From assembly GCA_016927555.1 (NCBI GenBank), contig JAFGML010000021.1, forward strand, positions 9,508 through 73,507: 64,000 nt of DNA, read 5' to 3'. This DNA is from Thermoplasmatota archaeon (GTDB taxonomy: Archaea > Thermoplasmatota > E2 > DHVEG-1). Positions 36,772 through 46,349 of the stretch are shown one piece after another; position 1 is the first letter of the stretch, and every line of letters starts with the position of its first letter. The notes below the pieces were generated by a model. The model worked only from the letters and a program-made list of their open reading frames with translations. It did not search any database and was not told the origin of the DNA. The position numbers and the translations under genes are program-made.

Positions 36772-37767
36772 CTAAATAAGATAGTTAATGACGTTTTCTG
36801 AGATGTCTTCTGCGTACTCTCCAATTCGTCTAATACTTTCAATGATGTATCCAACGGAGATGGCAACGATTGCTTGCTGTTGGAGGGCAAGGGTGTTGAT
36901 TTCTCCACAGAGCGTCTCTAGCTCTATCACAGATTCAATGGTTCCGTGGGATGATTTCAAGTCTTTTTTGAAGAATGCATGGATGCTTGTATTGAAGATC
37001 TCTGATGCGAGACCGCTTGCCGTTTGAATCTTGTCTAGGATGGTTTGATCAAGATCGTTATCGATGAGGGTCGGGACGTTCTGAGCGATGCGGACCACAT
37101 GGTCTCCTATCCGCTCAATGATCCTGCTGATGAGGAAACAGGTGGATGCCATGTCAATGGTGATGTTCATGGTTCCTGCAAGACTGATGTTTTGTAGCAG
37201 GATGTTGTACTGTCGTGCGACAAGCCAGTGGAGGCGATCGACGTCGTCATCTCTTGAGAGGATTTGTTCTGCTAATGCGGTGTCTCTATTTTGGAGTGAG
37301 CGCATCACATCTTCGTACATGCCTTTCACGATGATTTGCATTCTTTTAATGGTTCGATCGAGTGGCATTTCTGTAGGTTTTAACAAGTCTTTTAAAAGGA
37401 TGGCGGTGTCTGTCTCTTCTACGACTTCAGGGCCGATGGCTAATTGGGTGAACGATCGAATGACGTTTTGTACAGCTGTGGGCATGCGAGAGGATGAAAT
37501 AATTTTTAAGGATGTGTACCCAGCGATGTACGCACCAATGAGGCGTTGGAGCAGATACGTCGGCTGTGGAATCTGACTGACATCAAATTCTTTGATGCGT
37601 TCGAGGTTTTGCTGCGTCATTTTCGGAGTGAGCAGAAGCGTCCCATCTGATTGAACATTGATTCCAAGGGGATCGTTTTTTTGAATATGAAGATTTTTTA
37701 TCCATTCCTTCGGGAGGGTAATCACATACGAAGAGCCGCCAGTGATTTGCACGCGTCGTATTTCCAT
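36772..37767 (-). CDS. AbrB/SpoVT-domain + tandem PhoU-domain regulator (copy 1)
   Basis: N-terminus MEIRRVQITGGSSYVITLPKEWIKNL (AbrB swapped-hairpin type), followed by two PhoU-like repeats (ERIGDHVVRIA, RRIGEYAEDIS). Confidence 0.75.
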   Translation of the reverse strand: MEIRRVQITGGSSYVITLPKEWIKNLHIQKNDPLGINVQSDGTLLLTPKMTQQNLERIKEFDVSQIPQPTYLLQRLIGAYIAGYTSLKIISSSRMPTAVQNVIRSFTQLAIGPEVVEETDTAILLKDLLKPTEMPLDRTIKRMQIIVKGMYEDVMRSLQNRDTALAEQILSRDDDVDRLHWLVARQYNILLQNISLAGTMNITIDMASTCFLISRIIERIGDHVVRIAQNVPTLIDNDLDQTILDKIQTASGLASEIFNTSIHAFFKKDLKSSHGTIESVIELETLCGEINTLALQQQAIVAISVGYIIESIRRIGEYAEDISENVINYLI

Positions 37768-37812
37768 CTGAAGCACCGAAGCTTCTGTATTATCCTACGA
37801 TTCATAAGTATT

Positions 37813-37859
37813 TCTATAGGACTCTATATAGCCCATATGAATATATATACCTCTATAGA
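37813..37859. promoter_or_regulatory. Three TCTATA(G/T)A motif copies in the divergent phoU-abrB / pstS intergenic region
   Basis: TCTATAG at 37813, TCTATATA at 37823, TCTATAGA at 37852. Read directly. Confidence 0.5.
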
Positions 37860-37861
37860 CT

Positions 37862-38932
37862 ATGGAGATAAAGTATATATTTCATGGTGAAATTGCTTGC
37901 TCGGTGATTCATATAGAATCAAAAAAAGAAAAAAACATTGGAAAATTTATCTTTGGGCTAGTTGTAGTAACCTTGTGCATTTCTCTCCTAGCAGGATGCA
38001 CGCAACAATCAGAAGGAGAAAAACCAAATCTAATACAAACTGGTTCAAGCACTGTCCTTCCCCTTGCAGTCGCCTGGGCTGAACAATTCGACCAAGCAAA
38101 TATCGCAGTCTCGGGGGGTGGCTCAAGCCATGGATTAAACGCACTGCTGCTTGGTGAAGCAGATCTTGGAGACGCAAGTCGATTAATGAAAGGATCTGAT
38201 TATGAGAAAGTGGGAGGTAACGCAGATGATGTGTATGCTAATGGCACTGCTAAAGCACCAGCAAATGGTATCTTCCCTGTGAAATGGGTGGTTGCCTATG
38301 ATGTTCTTGCTGTTGTTGTTCATAATAGCAATACCTGGGCAACCCAATTGAATTACTCACAACTCTCAAAGATTTTTACCGATGATTCCCCCGCAACATA
38401 CTGGGATGAAGTCCCTGGTTTAACTGGAGCACCTCATGAAGCGATTGAGATTTACGCTCCAGATGAAGCAAGCGGAACATACGATTATTTCTTTGAAAGC
38501 ATCATTACAGACTGGGGAAAAGACACGCAACAGATTGCTACGAGACTTGAGTTAGGTGATGGCGTGTATCATCCCAGCGCCGATGATAATGTGATATTAA
38601 ACGCTATCAAAGACAACGAGTACGCTATTGGATACTTTGGTTTTGCGTATGTCATGGAAAATCCTGGACAGGTTAAGGTTGTGAAAATCGCGAAGACTAC
38701 GACTTATGTCGAAGCGAGTTTAGACAACGTCGCAAATTATCCGATGGCTCGTCCCCTCCACATTTATACGAATGGCATCCCTGATACAACAACAGACAAA
38801 GGAAACGCCATCAACGAGTACCTCCAATACATCATGAGTGATGAAGGACAAGAGATTGTCTCCGTGGTAGGTTACGTGAAACTTGACTTAGTTGATCCAA
38901 CAATAATTCCAGATCAACTAGCAAAGTTGTAA
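37862..38932 (+). CDS. pstS: Phosphate ABC transporter substrate-binding lipoprotein PstS (set 1)
   Basis: Lipobox LLAGC, then GSSTVLPL and GGGSSHG PstS blocks. An in-frame GTG at 37904 is an alternative start giving a tidier signal peptide. Confidence 0.85.
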   Translation: MEIKYIFHGEIACSVIHIESKKEKNIGKFIFGLVVVTLCISLLAGCTQQSEGEKPNLIQTGSSTVLPLAVAWAEQFDQANIAVSGGGSSHGLNALLLGEADLGDASRLMKGSDYEKVGGNADDVYANGTAKAPANGIFPVKWVVAYDVLAVVVHNSNTWATQLNYSQLSKIFTDDSPATYWDEVPGLTGAPHEAIEIYAPDEASGTYDYFFESIITDWGKDTQQIATRLELGDGVYHPSADDNVILNAIKDNEYAIGYFGFAYVMENPGQVKVVKIAKTTTYVEASLDNVANYPMARPLHIYTNGIPDTTTDKGNAINEYLQYIMSDEGQEIVSVVGYVKLDLVDPTIIPDQLAKL

Positions 38933-38942
38933 AATCTGGATT

Positions 38943-40841
38943 GTGATACCTTCCATGAGGAGTCGGACGAATACCAAAATCTCAAAGGAAAAACAGCACC
39001 TGTTTTTCCATAAAAGAGGAATCAAAGAGCAGGCCATTGTATGGCTGCTCTTGCTCACAGCAAGTATCGCTGTTGTGGTAAGCGCAGCCATCATCTATAC
39101 ACTCATCGAAGGGTCTGCTGGTTTCTTTTTCAACCCAGCTGTTAACATCCTTGAGTTTTTCACAGGCAGTAAGTGGACTCCAAATGGAAGTAACCCACAT
39201 TTTGGGCTCCTGCCTTTGTTCTCAGGAACCCTCCTTGTCGCAGGAGGGGCTCTACTCATCGGCGCACCTTTAGGAGTTGGTGCCGCTTTATACCTCTCCG
39301 AGTTTGCAGGGAAAAAAGTACGCTCAGTCGCAAAACCCGTCATTGAGGTGCTCGCTGGTATACCCTCAATAGTCTACGGGTTTTTCGCATTACTTGTAAT
39401 CAGCCCTCTCCTACAGCAGTACTTTGGGGCGAGTTATTTTAACGCGGGAAGCGCGATTATTGTCATGGCAATCATGGTGCTTCCCATCATTGTCAGCATC
39501 TCTGATGACTCCATAAACGCCGTCCCAAAACACCTCAGAGAAGCAAGTCTTGCTATGGGAGCAACAAAATGGGAGACGTCACTAAAGGTGGTCATGCCTG
39601 CAGCATCCAGTGGTATTATCGCCTCTATTCTGCTAGGCCTTGCCAGGGCGCTTGGGGAAACAATGGTGGTAGTACTCGCAGCAGGCAGTATCGCAAAACT
39701 GACCTTGAATCCTTTTGAAGAAGTACAAACAATGACTGCGTATATCGCACAGGTGGCGACTGGCGATATCCCACCAGGGGTTGCAGTGAGCGCAGCATTT
39801 GCTGTCGGACTGGTGCTCTTCGTCATCACCTACATCATCAATCTGATTGCCGGCAAGGTTGTCCTTCGCATTAAACGAGGGGGGACAGCAGCACAGAAGC
39901 AATCACGATTAAAAAAGTTTACAAAACAAATCTTCTCAAGGATTTCCTCTGTTTGGCAGCATCTTGTACGAAGAACCCATAAAAAGACTATCACTCTGCA
40001 ACGCCGATACCTGAAGGGAAAAATCGGGATATCTGTTGTTGCCACGTGTCTGCTTTTTGCTGTTATTTTTCTTATAGTTCTTATCGCCTCAGTGTTAGAA
40101 CAAGGACTGGGTGGCATTAACTGGGGGTTTCTCTCCTCATTTCCCAGCGCATTACCCTCCAAAGCAGGAATCTATCCAGTCATTCTTGGTTCAGTGTACC
40201 TCGTCGTTCTTACCTTAGTATTTGCTGTGCCCATGGGAGTCGGTGCAGCGATTTATTTAAATGAGTTTGCGAAGGACAATCGGTACACACGGTTTCTGCG
40301 TCGCATTATTCAAAATCTTGCCGGTGTACCTTCTATTGTGTTTGGTCTGGTTGGATTAGCAGTATTTTCACGGTTGCTTGGGTTTGGACCAAGTCTTCTT
40401 ACCGGCAGTCTCACGCTTGCTATCATGATCATGCCTATGATCGTTGTCGCAACAGAAGAAGCATTGAAGGGTGTTCCAGACTCGTTTCGAGAAGCATCCC
40501 GTGGGCTTGGTGCAACAAAATGGCAGACCGTCCGTCACCATGTTCTCCCGTATGCTATTCCCGGGACACTGACTGGGATTATTCTTGCCTTGTCTCGTGC
40601 CATTGGAGAAACAGCACCGATTCTTTTTATCGGTAGCATCTTTATGAAAACAGCACCAAGTAGCATCCTTGATGGATTTCTTGCACTACCCATCACTATC
40701 TTTTATTGGACGCGACACCCAAAAGTACAATTCCATGACCTCGCAGCAAGCACCATTGTCGTGTTACTGGTCATTCTTCTCTCGATGAATCTTGTGGCAA
40801 TTATCATTCGTCAGCGATCACAATCACGGAGGGATTGGTAA
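38943..40841 (+). CDS. Fused phosphate ABC transporter permease PstC-PstA (single 632-aa polypeptide)
   Basis: Two complete permease halves, each with an EAA-type loop (REASLAMGATKWET and REASRGLGATKWQT), joined by a basic linker. Confidence 0.85.
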   Translation: MIPSMRSRTNTKISKEKQHLFFHKRGIKEQAIVWLLLLTASIAVVVSAAIIYTLIEGSAGFFFNPAVNILEFFTGSKWTPNGSNPHFGLLPLFSGTLLVAGGALLIGAPLGVGAALYLSEFAGKKVRSVAKPVIEVLAGIPSIVYGFFALLVISPLLQQYFGASYFNAGSAIIVMAIMVLPIIVSISDDSINAVPKHLREASLAMGATKWETSLKVVMPAASSGIIASILLGLARALGETMVVVLAAGSIAKLTLNPFEEVQTMTAYIAQVATGDIPPGVAVSAAFAVGLVLFVITYIINLIAGKVVLRIKRGGTAAQKQSRLKKFTKQIFSRISSVWQHLVRRTHKKTITLQRRYLKGKIGISVVATCLLFAVIFLIVLIASVLEQGLGGINWGFLSSFPSALPSKAGIYPVILGSVYLVVLTLVFAVPMGVGAAIYLNEFAKDNRYTRFLRRIIQNLAGVPSIVFGLVGLAVFSRLLGFGPSLLTGSLTLAIMIMPMIVVATEEALKGVPDSFREASRGLGATKWQTVRHHVLPYAIPGTLTGIILALSRAIGETAPILFIGSIFMKTAPSSILDGFLALPITIFYWTRHPKVQFHDLAASTIVVLLVILLSMNLVAIIIRQRSQSRRDW

Positions 40842-40844
40842 TCC

Positions 40845-41699
40845 ATGAAAAACCAACAGAACAACAAGAACAGATCACATCATCACACTGCTCAACCGAG
40901 CAATCCAACGAATAATGAGGTAGAGAGGCGACATCAGGAGGGCTACTCAGGCACTATCGGTTTGCGAGAATTAAATGTGTACTACTCTCAGAAGCATGCG
41001 ATTATCGATGTTTCCATGGATATCTTGGAAAAGAAGGTGACCGCATTTATCGGCCCAAGTGGATGTGGAAAAAGCACCCTCCTCCGGGCGCTGAACCGCA
41101 TGAACGATGAAATTGAAGGATGCCGAACAGAGGGAAAAATACTGTGGAAAGGCGTTGACATCCTTGACGTAACCGTTGATCCTGTAGCGCTGCGTCGGAA
41201 AGTCGGCATGGTGTTTCAGAAACCAAACCCGTTTCCAAAATCTGTCTATGAGAACATTGCTTATGGGCTAAAAATCCATGGCATCCATGAGAAGAAGACC
41301 CTGGATGAGCTGGTTGAAAAAAGTTTGAGAGCAGCAGCACTCTGGGATGAAGTCAGTGATCGATTGCATGAATCTGCTATGAGTCTCTCAGGAGGGCAAC
41401 AGCAACGCTTGTGTATCGCTCGTGCCCTGGCCATAGAACCTGAGGTAATCCTTATGGATGAACCCTGCTCTGCCCTTGATCCGATTGCGACAGCAAAAAT
41501 CGAGGATCTCATCCAAGAGTTGAAAAAAGACTACACCGTTATTATTGTAACCCATAACATGCAACAGGCAGCTCGAGTAAGTAATTATACTGCGTACATG
41601 TACCTTGGCAAGATGATTGAATTTGGGGAGACAAAGCAAATCTTTGAGCACCCGCGAGAGGAGCTCACAGAGAATTATATCACAGGACGATTTGGATAG
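40845..41699 (+). CDS. pstB: Phosphate ABC transporter ATP-binding protein PstB (set 1)
   Basis: Walker [10 protein letters not shown], signature [14 protein letters not shown], Walker [14 protein letters not shown]-terminus YITGRFG. Confidence 0.9.
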   Translation: MKNQQNNKNRSHHHTAQPSNPTNNEVERRHQEGYSGTIGLRELNVYYSQKHAIIDVSMDILEKKVTAFIGPSGCGKSTLLRALNRMNDEIEGCRTEGKILWKGVDILDVTVDPVALRRKVGMVFQKPNPFPKSVYENIAYGLKIHGIHEKKTLDELVEKSLRAAALWDEVSDRLHESAMSLSGGQQQRLCIARALAIEPEVILMDEPCSALDPIATAKIEDLIQELKKDYTVIIVTHNMQQAARVSNYTAYMYLGKMIEFGETKQIFEHPREELTENYITGRFG

Positions 41700-41709
41700 G
41701 TGAGAAGCT

Positions 41710-42360
41710 ATGGTTGAGAAGTTTCATGTGGAGTTAGAAGACCTCAAGCAAGATGTCGCGAAAATGGCAGAACTTGCGATCTTTATGCTTTCGAACTCTG
41801 TAGACGCCTTCAAAAAACTTGATGTCGAGCAAGCAGATCTCGTCGACTCAAAAAAGAAGGAACTTGCTGAGATAAAAATCACCAATGAAGAGGAGGCATT
41901 GCAGTTAATCGCCTTATATCAGCCCATGGCTCGAGACATGCGGACGATTGCCAGCTGTTTGAAAATGATTACGGATCTCTATCGTATTGGGAGGTATGGA
42001 AAAGATATCGCGAAGGTTACTAGAGAGATTTACCCAGGACCCCATATTAAAAAAATCATTAGTCTGCCACATATGAACCAGCTCGTGTGTGGAATGATTA
42101 CTGATGCACTCACCGCGTTTCGCACAGGGAATCTCTCCCTGCTGAAAGATTTCACAGAACGAGATAATGATGTCGATGAGCTGCGCTATTCGATTTTCCG
42201 TGAGTGTATTTCCTACATGATGGAAGACCCAAAGAACATCACCATTTGTACTCATTACATCATGGTCGCCCGGTACTTGGAGCGTTGTGGTGACCATGCC
42301 TGCAACATGGCTGAAGAAGTGCATTACATCGTGACTGGAGAACGGATTGAGCTATCATGA
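41710..42360 (+). CDS. phoU: Phosphate signalling modulator PhoU
   Basis: 216 aa with two PhoU repeats (YRIGRYGKDIA and ERCGDHACNMAE). Sits directly after pstB. Confidence 0.85.
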   Translation: MVEKFHVELEDLKQDVAKMAELAIFMLSNSVDAFKKLDVEQADLVDSKKKELAEIKITNEEEALQLIALYQPMARDMRTIASCLKMITDLYRIGRYGKDIAKVTREIYPGPHIKKIISLPHMNQLVCGMITDALTAFRTGNLSLLKDFTERDNDVDELRYSIFRECISYMMEDPKNITICTHYIMVARYLERCGDHACNMAEEVHYIVTGERIELS

Positions 42361-42845
42361 AGCAGACCGTCTTGTTTATTTGCTACCATAATTCTGCTCG
42401 GTCTCAGATGGCAGAAGCATTCCTCAAGACATTGTATCAAAATCGATTTGAGGCAGCTAGTGCCGGAGTAGAACCGACGCAGGTAAATCCCTATGCTATC
42501 GATGTGATGAAAGAAGTTGGTATCGATCTTTCTTCGTATCGATCAAAGAGTATCGAGGAGTTCCGAGGACAGGTATTTGATTACGTGGTGACAGTGTGTG
42601 ACCAAGCTCAGGAGAAGTGTCCGTTTTTTCCTGGGAAAACAGTACTGCACCAAGGGTTCCGTGATCCTGCAGTTGTTCAGGGTCCTTTCGAAGAAACCAT
42701 GACAGTCTTTCAGCAGGTCCGCGATGAAATACAAACATGGATTACCAAGACATTTGGAGCTGATGATGTACACTCCCAAGTACAAGAATTTACTGTTGAA
42801 GTTTCAGCATGGAAAAAATCATCTGCTTTAGGTGAGAATCAGTGA
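42357..42845 (+). CDS. arsC: Arsenate reductase / low-molecular-weight phosphotyrosine phosphatase family (thioredoxin-coupled ArsC type)
   Basis: CX5R P-loop VLFICYHNSARSQMAE plus the downstream Cys pair VCDQAQEKCPFFPG. Its ATG overlaps the phoU stop (ATGA). Confidence 0.75.
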   Translation: MKQTVLFICYHNSARSQMAEAFLKTLYQNRFEAASAGVEPTQVNPYAIDVMKEVGIDLSSYRSKSIEEFRGQVFDYVVTVCDQAQEKCPFFPGKTVLHQGFRDPAVVQGPFEETMTVFQQVRDEIQTWITKTFGADDVHSQVQEFTVEVSAWKKSSALGENQ

Positions 42846-42903
42846 ATAGATCTAAGCATGAAAACTGGTGTTTTTTTCCGCTGATGAGCAGTAAGTATAT
42901 AGG

Positions 42904-42969
42904 TCTATATAGAAAATGGAGTTTATATTGATAATTTATTTATGTATAGAGAAAATAAAGATGTATAGA
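42904..42969. promoter_or_regulatory. TCTATATAGA palindrome plus two TATAGA half-sites upstream of AbrB-PhoU copy 2
   Basis: 10-bp perfect palindrome at 42904-42913. TATAGA at 42955-42960 and 42964-42969. Confidence 0.5.
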
Positions 42970-43096
42970 CGAACTAGTCCTAACTCAAGGAACTGGAGCG
43001 AGTACCTGTGGGGGACGTGGTCTCTCCAGCAAAAGACTTGACTGAGAGAAGCAGAGAATAGGCATGCGCAACTGCATGCGATTAGGGGAACTACAT

Positions 43097-44107
43097 ATGG
43101 AAACTCGTAAAGTGCAAATAACAGGCAAATCAACATATATTATTTCACTTCCTAAAACATGGGTCAACAAGGTAAAAATACGCAATGGTAACAGTGTTAT
43201 TTTGATACCACGCTCTGATGGAACATTACTGATTAATCCAAAACTCAATGAGACAAAAGAGGTATCCAGCAACGCTATCGCGGTAGACACCCTCGATATG
43301 GAAACCTTGTTTAGGAAGTTCATCGGGGCGTACCTCGCTGGCTTTGACGTCATTGAAATCAACAGCTCTGAGAAGATGTCCCCGGCGGTTCGTCAGCAGA
43401 TTCGTCGGATGACTCAAAGCGTCATTGGCCCTGAAATTATCGATGAAACCAGTACCTCAGTGAAGATACAAGATCTGCTGGATTCAAGCGACCTGTCCAT
43501 GATCCAGGGGCTGAAACGGATGTACGTGATCACCCGCGGGATGCATCGGGATGCAGTCATCGCTTTGGAGCAACGAGATACGGAGCTTGCGGAGGATGTT
43601 GAATCCAGGGACAATGAAGTCGACAAGTTTTACTGGATGATCGCCAAGCAGTATAATCTCGTCCTTAATGATATGTTTTATGCAGATAAAATGAATGTGA
43701 AACCTCAAGAGGTGCTAGGCTACCTGTTGGTTGCGCGTTCTATTGAGCGTATTGCAGATCATGCGAAACGACTCGCAAGCAACGTACAACTCTTGAAGGG
43801 GAAAATCGATATTCTGCCTAGGATATTAGAGGCGAGCGATGCGATTTTAAAGGAGTTTGACGAGGCGGTGAACGCGTTTCATCGAAATAAATTTGAGCAT
43901 GCCAACCAGGTCGTCATCAAGGCACGGTCTCTTGGAAAGCTCACCCAGCAGTTGACGCAGGAGATTTTAGGATTAAAACTAGATGCGGCGACAATAGTCT
44001 CCCTGGCGTATATCGTGGATAGTCTTGAGCGGACGCGGGCGTACGTGCTCGATATCGCGGAGACTGCGATTAACCATCAGTTTACGACAGCGATGGTAAC
44101 CACTTAA
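43097..44107 (+). CDS. AbrB/SpoVT-domain + tandem PhoU-domain regulator (copy 2)
   Basis: METRKVQITGKSTYIISLPKTWVNKV plus two PhoU repeats (ERIADHAKRLA, ERTRAYVLDIAE). ATG 43097 follows TAGGGGAA. Confidence 0.75.
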   Translation: METRKVQITGKSTYIISLPKTWVNKVKIRNGNSVILIPRSDGTLLINPKLNETKEVSSNAIAVDTLDMETLFRKFIGAYLAGFDVIEINSSEKMSPAVRQQIRRMTQSVIGPEIIDETSTSVKIQDLLDSSDLSMIQGLKRMYVITRGMHRDAVIALEQRDTELAEDVESRDNEVDKFYWMIAKQYNLVLNDMFYADKMNVKPQEVLGYLLVARSIERIADHAKRLASNVQLLKGKIDILPRILEASDAILKEFDEAVNAFHRNKFEHANQVVIKARSLGKLTQQLTQEILGLKLDAATIVSLAYIVDSLERTRAYVLDIAETAINHQFTTAMVTT

Positions 44108-44152
44108 AGTGTTCGTAAAGAGAAAAAGAAAAAAGGGTTGCAGACAGGGTTG

Positions 44153-44407
44153 TTATCGTAATGCAAACAGGTAGTTGCGTAGACTGCTAGATTCTAAGTA
44201 GTGCTCGGTGAGCGCCTGGGCGGTCTGGATGTCGAGTCCTTGGTTGAGGAGTTCGCGGTGAAAAATGCGTCCACCGCGTTGTGCCTGTCCTTTGAACCGG
44301 AGGAGCAATCCTCCGAATCGTACAAGGAAGAGAGGAAGACGGAGAAGGACGATGCCAACAAGGTGCGGTAGGTCGGCATCAGTCCTCGTTGATGCTGGTT
44401 GTGTCAT
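44153..44407 (-). CDS. Hypothetical small protein
   Basis: 84-aa ORF, last gene of a three-gene minus-strand unit. No family recognised. Confidence 0.35.
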   Translation of the reverse strand: MTQPASTRTDADLPHLVGIVLLRLPLFLVRFGGLLLRFKGQAQRGGRIFHRELLNQGLDIQTAQALTEHYLESSSLRNYLFALR

Positions 44408-44424
44408 AGTCGTGTCTGCTCTGC

Positions 44425-44700
44425 TTAGTGGTGGTTATGGTCGCTGAACCGCCCGATCATCTTGCCGATGTTGAGCGTCGAGAGGTACTGCTGGGTGAGC
44501 TCGTAGGCCTGCTCATCGGTCATCCCTGCTGCCTTGAGTTCTTTGTAGAAGATCGCCGCAGCTTGGGCGTACTTCTTGGCACTCTCTGGGCCGTAGAGTA
44601 GGCTGCTGAGTTCCTTGAGCAGCCCAGGGATTTTCTCTGCGACGACATCAAGGATTTCTTTTATTTTTTCTGGGTCTGGCATTCGGTCATGTTCTGACAT
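44425..44700 (-). CDS. Hypothetical small helical protein
   Basis: ATG 44700 lies 7 nt after TGGAGGTAA. 91 aa, helical, C-terminal His tail. No family recognised. Confidence 0.45.
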   Translation of the reverse strand: MSEHDRMPDPEKIKEILDVVAEKIPGLLKELSSLLYGPESAKKYAQAAAIFYKELKAAGMTDEQAYELTQQYLSTLNIGKMIGRFSDHNHH

Positions 44701-44752
44701 GTTTTTTTTACCTCCAAATTGTTTTTCTTGGTATCCGTGTAGTGTGGTCATG

Positions 44753-45184
44753 TTATATAGGAGAACCGAGCAGTTGTGACCACTTTTTCATCACTTCGGT
44801 GGTCAGGTGATAGACGGTTCGTGAGCCCAGTAGGGATGCTTCAACGATGTGATTTTCGGTGAGTTCTTTGAGTTTGGCTCTGATGATGCGCCGGGAGGCG
44901 GTGCCACGTTTGCTTTTCACACGCTCTGTTATCTGTGAGATGTTCTGGTCAGGTTTATCAATGAGGACACGGACGATATCACGGCTGATGGGGTCTTTGA
45001 GGTCTGGGAGGATGAGATCCGGGGTCAGGCCACCATGTTCAAGGAGCAGGTTGACGATGCGGAGGTACTGCTGGGTGGTTCTACTGACGTTTTGCAGTGG
45101 TTGGAGGGCAACTGAGAGCATGCGTTCGAGTTCTGCGATGCGTTGTTGAAGTTCTTTGAGTTCGTCTTTGAGATCTTTTGGCAC
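44753..45184 (-). CDS. Coiled-coil plus winged-helix (HTH) putative transcription regulator
   Basis: N-terminal heptad segment (LKDELKELQQRIAELERML). C-terminal wHTH-like NISQITERVKSKRGTASRRIIRAKLKELTENHIVE. GTG start. Confidence 0.5.
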   Translation of the reverse strand: MPKDLKDELKELQQRIAELERMLSVALQPLQNVSRTTQQYLRIVNLLLEHGGLTPDLILPDLKDPISRDIVRVLIDKPDQNISQITERVKSKRGTASRRIIRAKLKELTENHIVEASLLGSRTVYHLTTEVMKKWSQLLGSPI

Positions 45185-45506
45185 AGCAACGATATCTACG
45201 TTGTATGATATAGTGCTTTTCTTAGGTTGATCTGAGTGGTTCGGTTACAACAGTGCCTCCATGTATATAGAACTATATACTACATAGGGTCATCTATATT
45301 GTATGGTGAAAAAGTATATATTTTTTGGAGTGATGTGATGGTTAGGAGTGCGTTTACTCCACACCCAAAAGCATGAGTAGTATTTGAGGGAAAAGAAACT
45401 CTTACCCGGACCGGACCAGTAAAGCCTATAGAGGGGGGCTCCAAGGGACGTGGGGAGTTACCTGAACGATTCACTGCCCACGACGCGCCTCTCCTTTTCT
45501 TTTTTT

Positions 45507-45845
45507 TTATGTGGGGTGTGACAAAACGGTTTCTTCTTGTTGAGATCCTCGTGTTTGGGAGGGGCCTCGTGTTTTGAGTGTTCGGTAGTAGAGTGAGAAG
45601 GCAAACCAGAGGATACCGCATCCTAAAATGGCAAGGGTGAGCCAGTCAAAGAACAAATCAAAGGTGTTTGGAGTGTACGAAGTCCCTGGTGCAAAGAGGC
45701 CTTGGTAGAGCATGCGTGCCCCATGCCCAATCATGATAGCACCAGAAAGTGTCAATAACAGGATGGTGACGTAGGATTTCCTCTTCTGTGACGTGGTGTT
45801 TTTCTGCTTCTTGTTTTGAGTGTTATGCATGGTATGCAAGAGCAT
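45507..45845 (-). CDS. Hypothetical two-TM membrane protein
   Basis: 112 aa with a basic N-terminus and two hydrophobic helices. Confidence 0.4.
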   Translation of the reverse strand: MLLHTMHNTQNKKQKNTTSQKRKSYVTILLLTLSGAIMIGHGARMLYQGLFAPGTSYTPNTFDLFFDWLTLAILGCGILWFAFSLYYRTLKTRGPSQTRGSQQEETVLSHPT

Positions 45846-46037
45846 CCCTCAATGTTCCCATCTACATATCCTATATAGTGATATTGTTTCTATAGTTTTC
45901 TATATATGGTGAAGAGAAGAGTGTTCTACTGGTTTTTTCCTCGCTCTCCACGACGCATGTCACTACTTAGCATTCATTGTATTTAAATGCAGCGAGGAAA
46001 AGTAGCATGATGAAAAAAAATTTGATGAGTGATTTAT

Positions 46038-46244
46038 TTAATCGAAAGAGAGGACCGGAAGGGTAGTAACGATGGCAACATCTGCATATCGACGCACTTG
46101 TTCAATACCTTCGAGACAGTCGTCTTCAGTGGCATACCCTGCGCTTTGGACGATGATGCCATTTGCAGGGGCTTTGAGGTGGAAGTACCACTGTTCGTCC
46201 TCTTCTGATTGCCAGTATTCATAGCGTGCTAACATACGGTTCAT
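46038..46244 (-). CDS. DUF1508 (YegP-like) small protein
   Basis: YEYWQSEEDEQWYFHLKAPANGIIVQSAGYATEDDCLEGIEQVRRYA fits the YegP repeat pattern. The start among 46265, 46244 and 46235 is uncertain. Confidence 0.6.
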   Translation of the reverse strand: MNRMLARYEYWQSEEDEQWYFHLKAPANGIIVQSAGYATEDDCLEGIEQVRRYADVAIVTTLPVLSFD

Positions 46245-46349
46245 GTGTCCTGTTTTGTTGTACAACAGTCAAAAGAAGTCAAACATGATAAAGTCTTTCC
46301 ACATACAATATGAAGGCTCTATGAGTCTATAGTGTTCTATTGTTTTTCT

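Noticed and set aside
37862-37915. ATA start for PstS1 behind GGTGA, which would be a third AUH-start case
   Set aside because: An in-frame GTG at 37904 and the ATG at 37862 are both available. No non-canonical start needs to be invoked.
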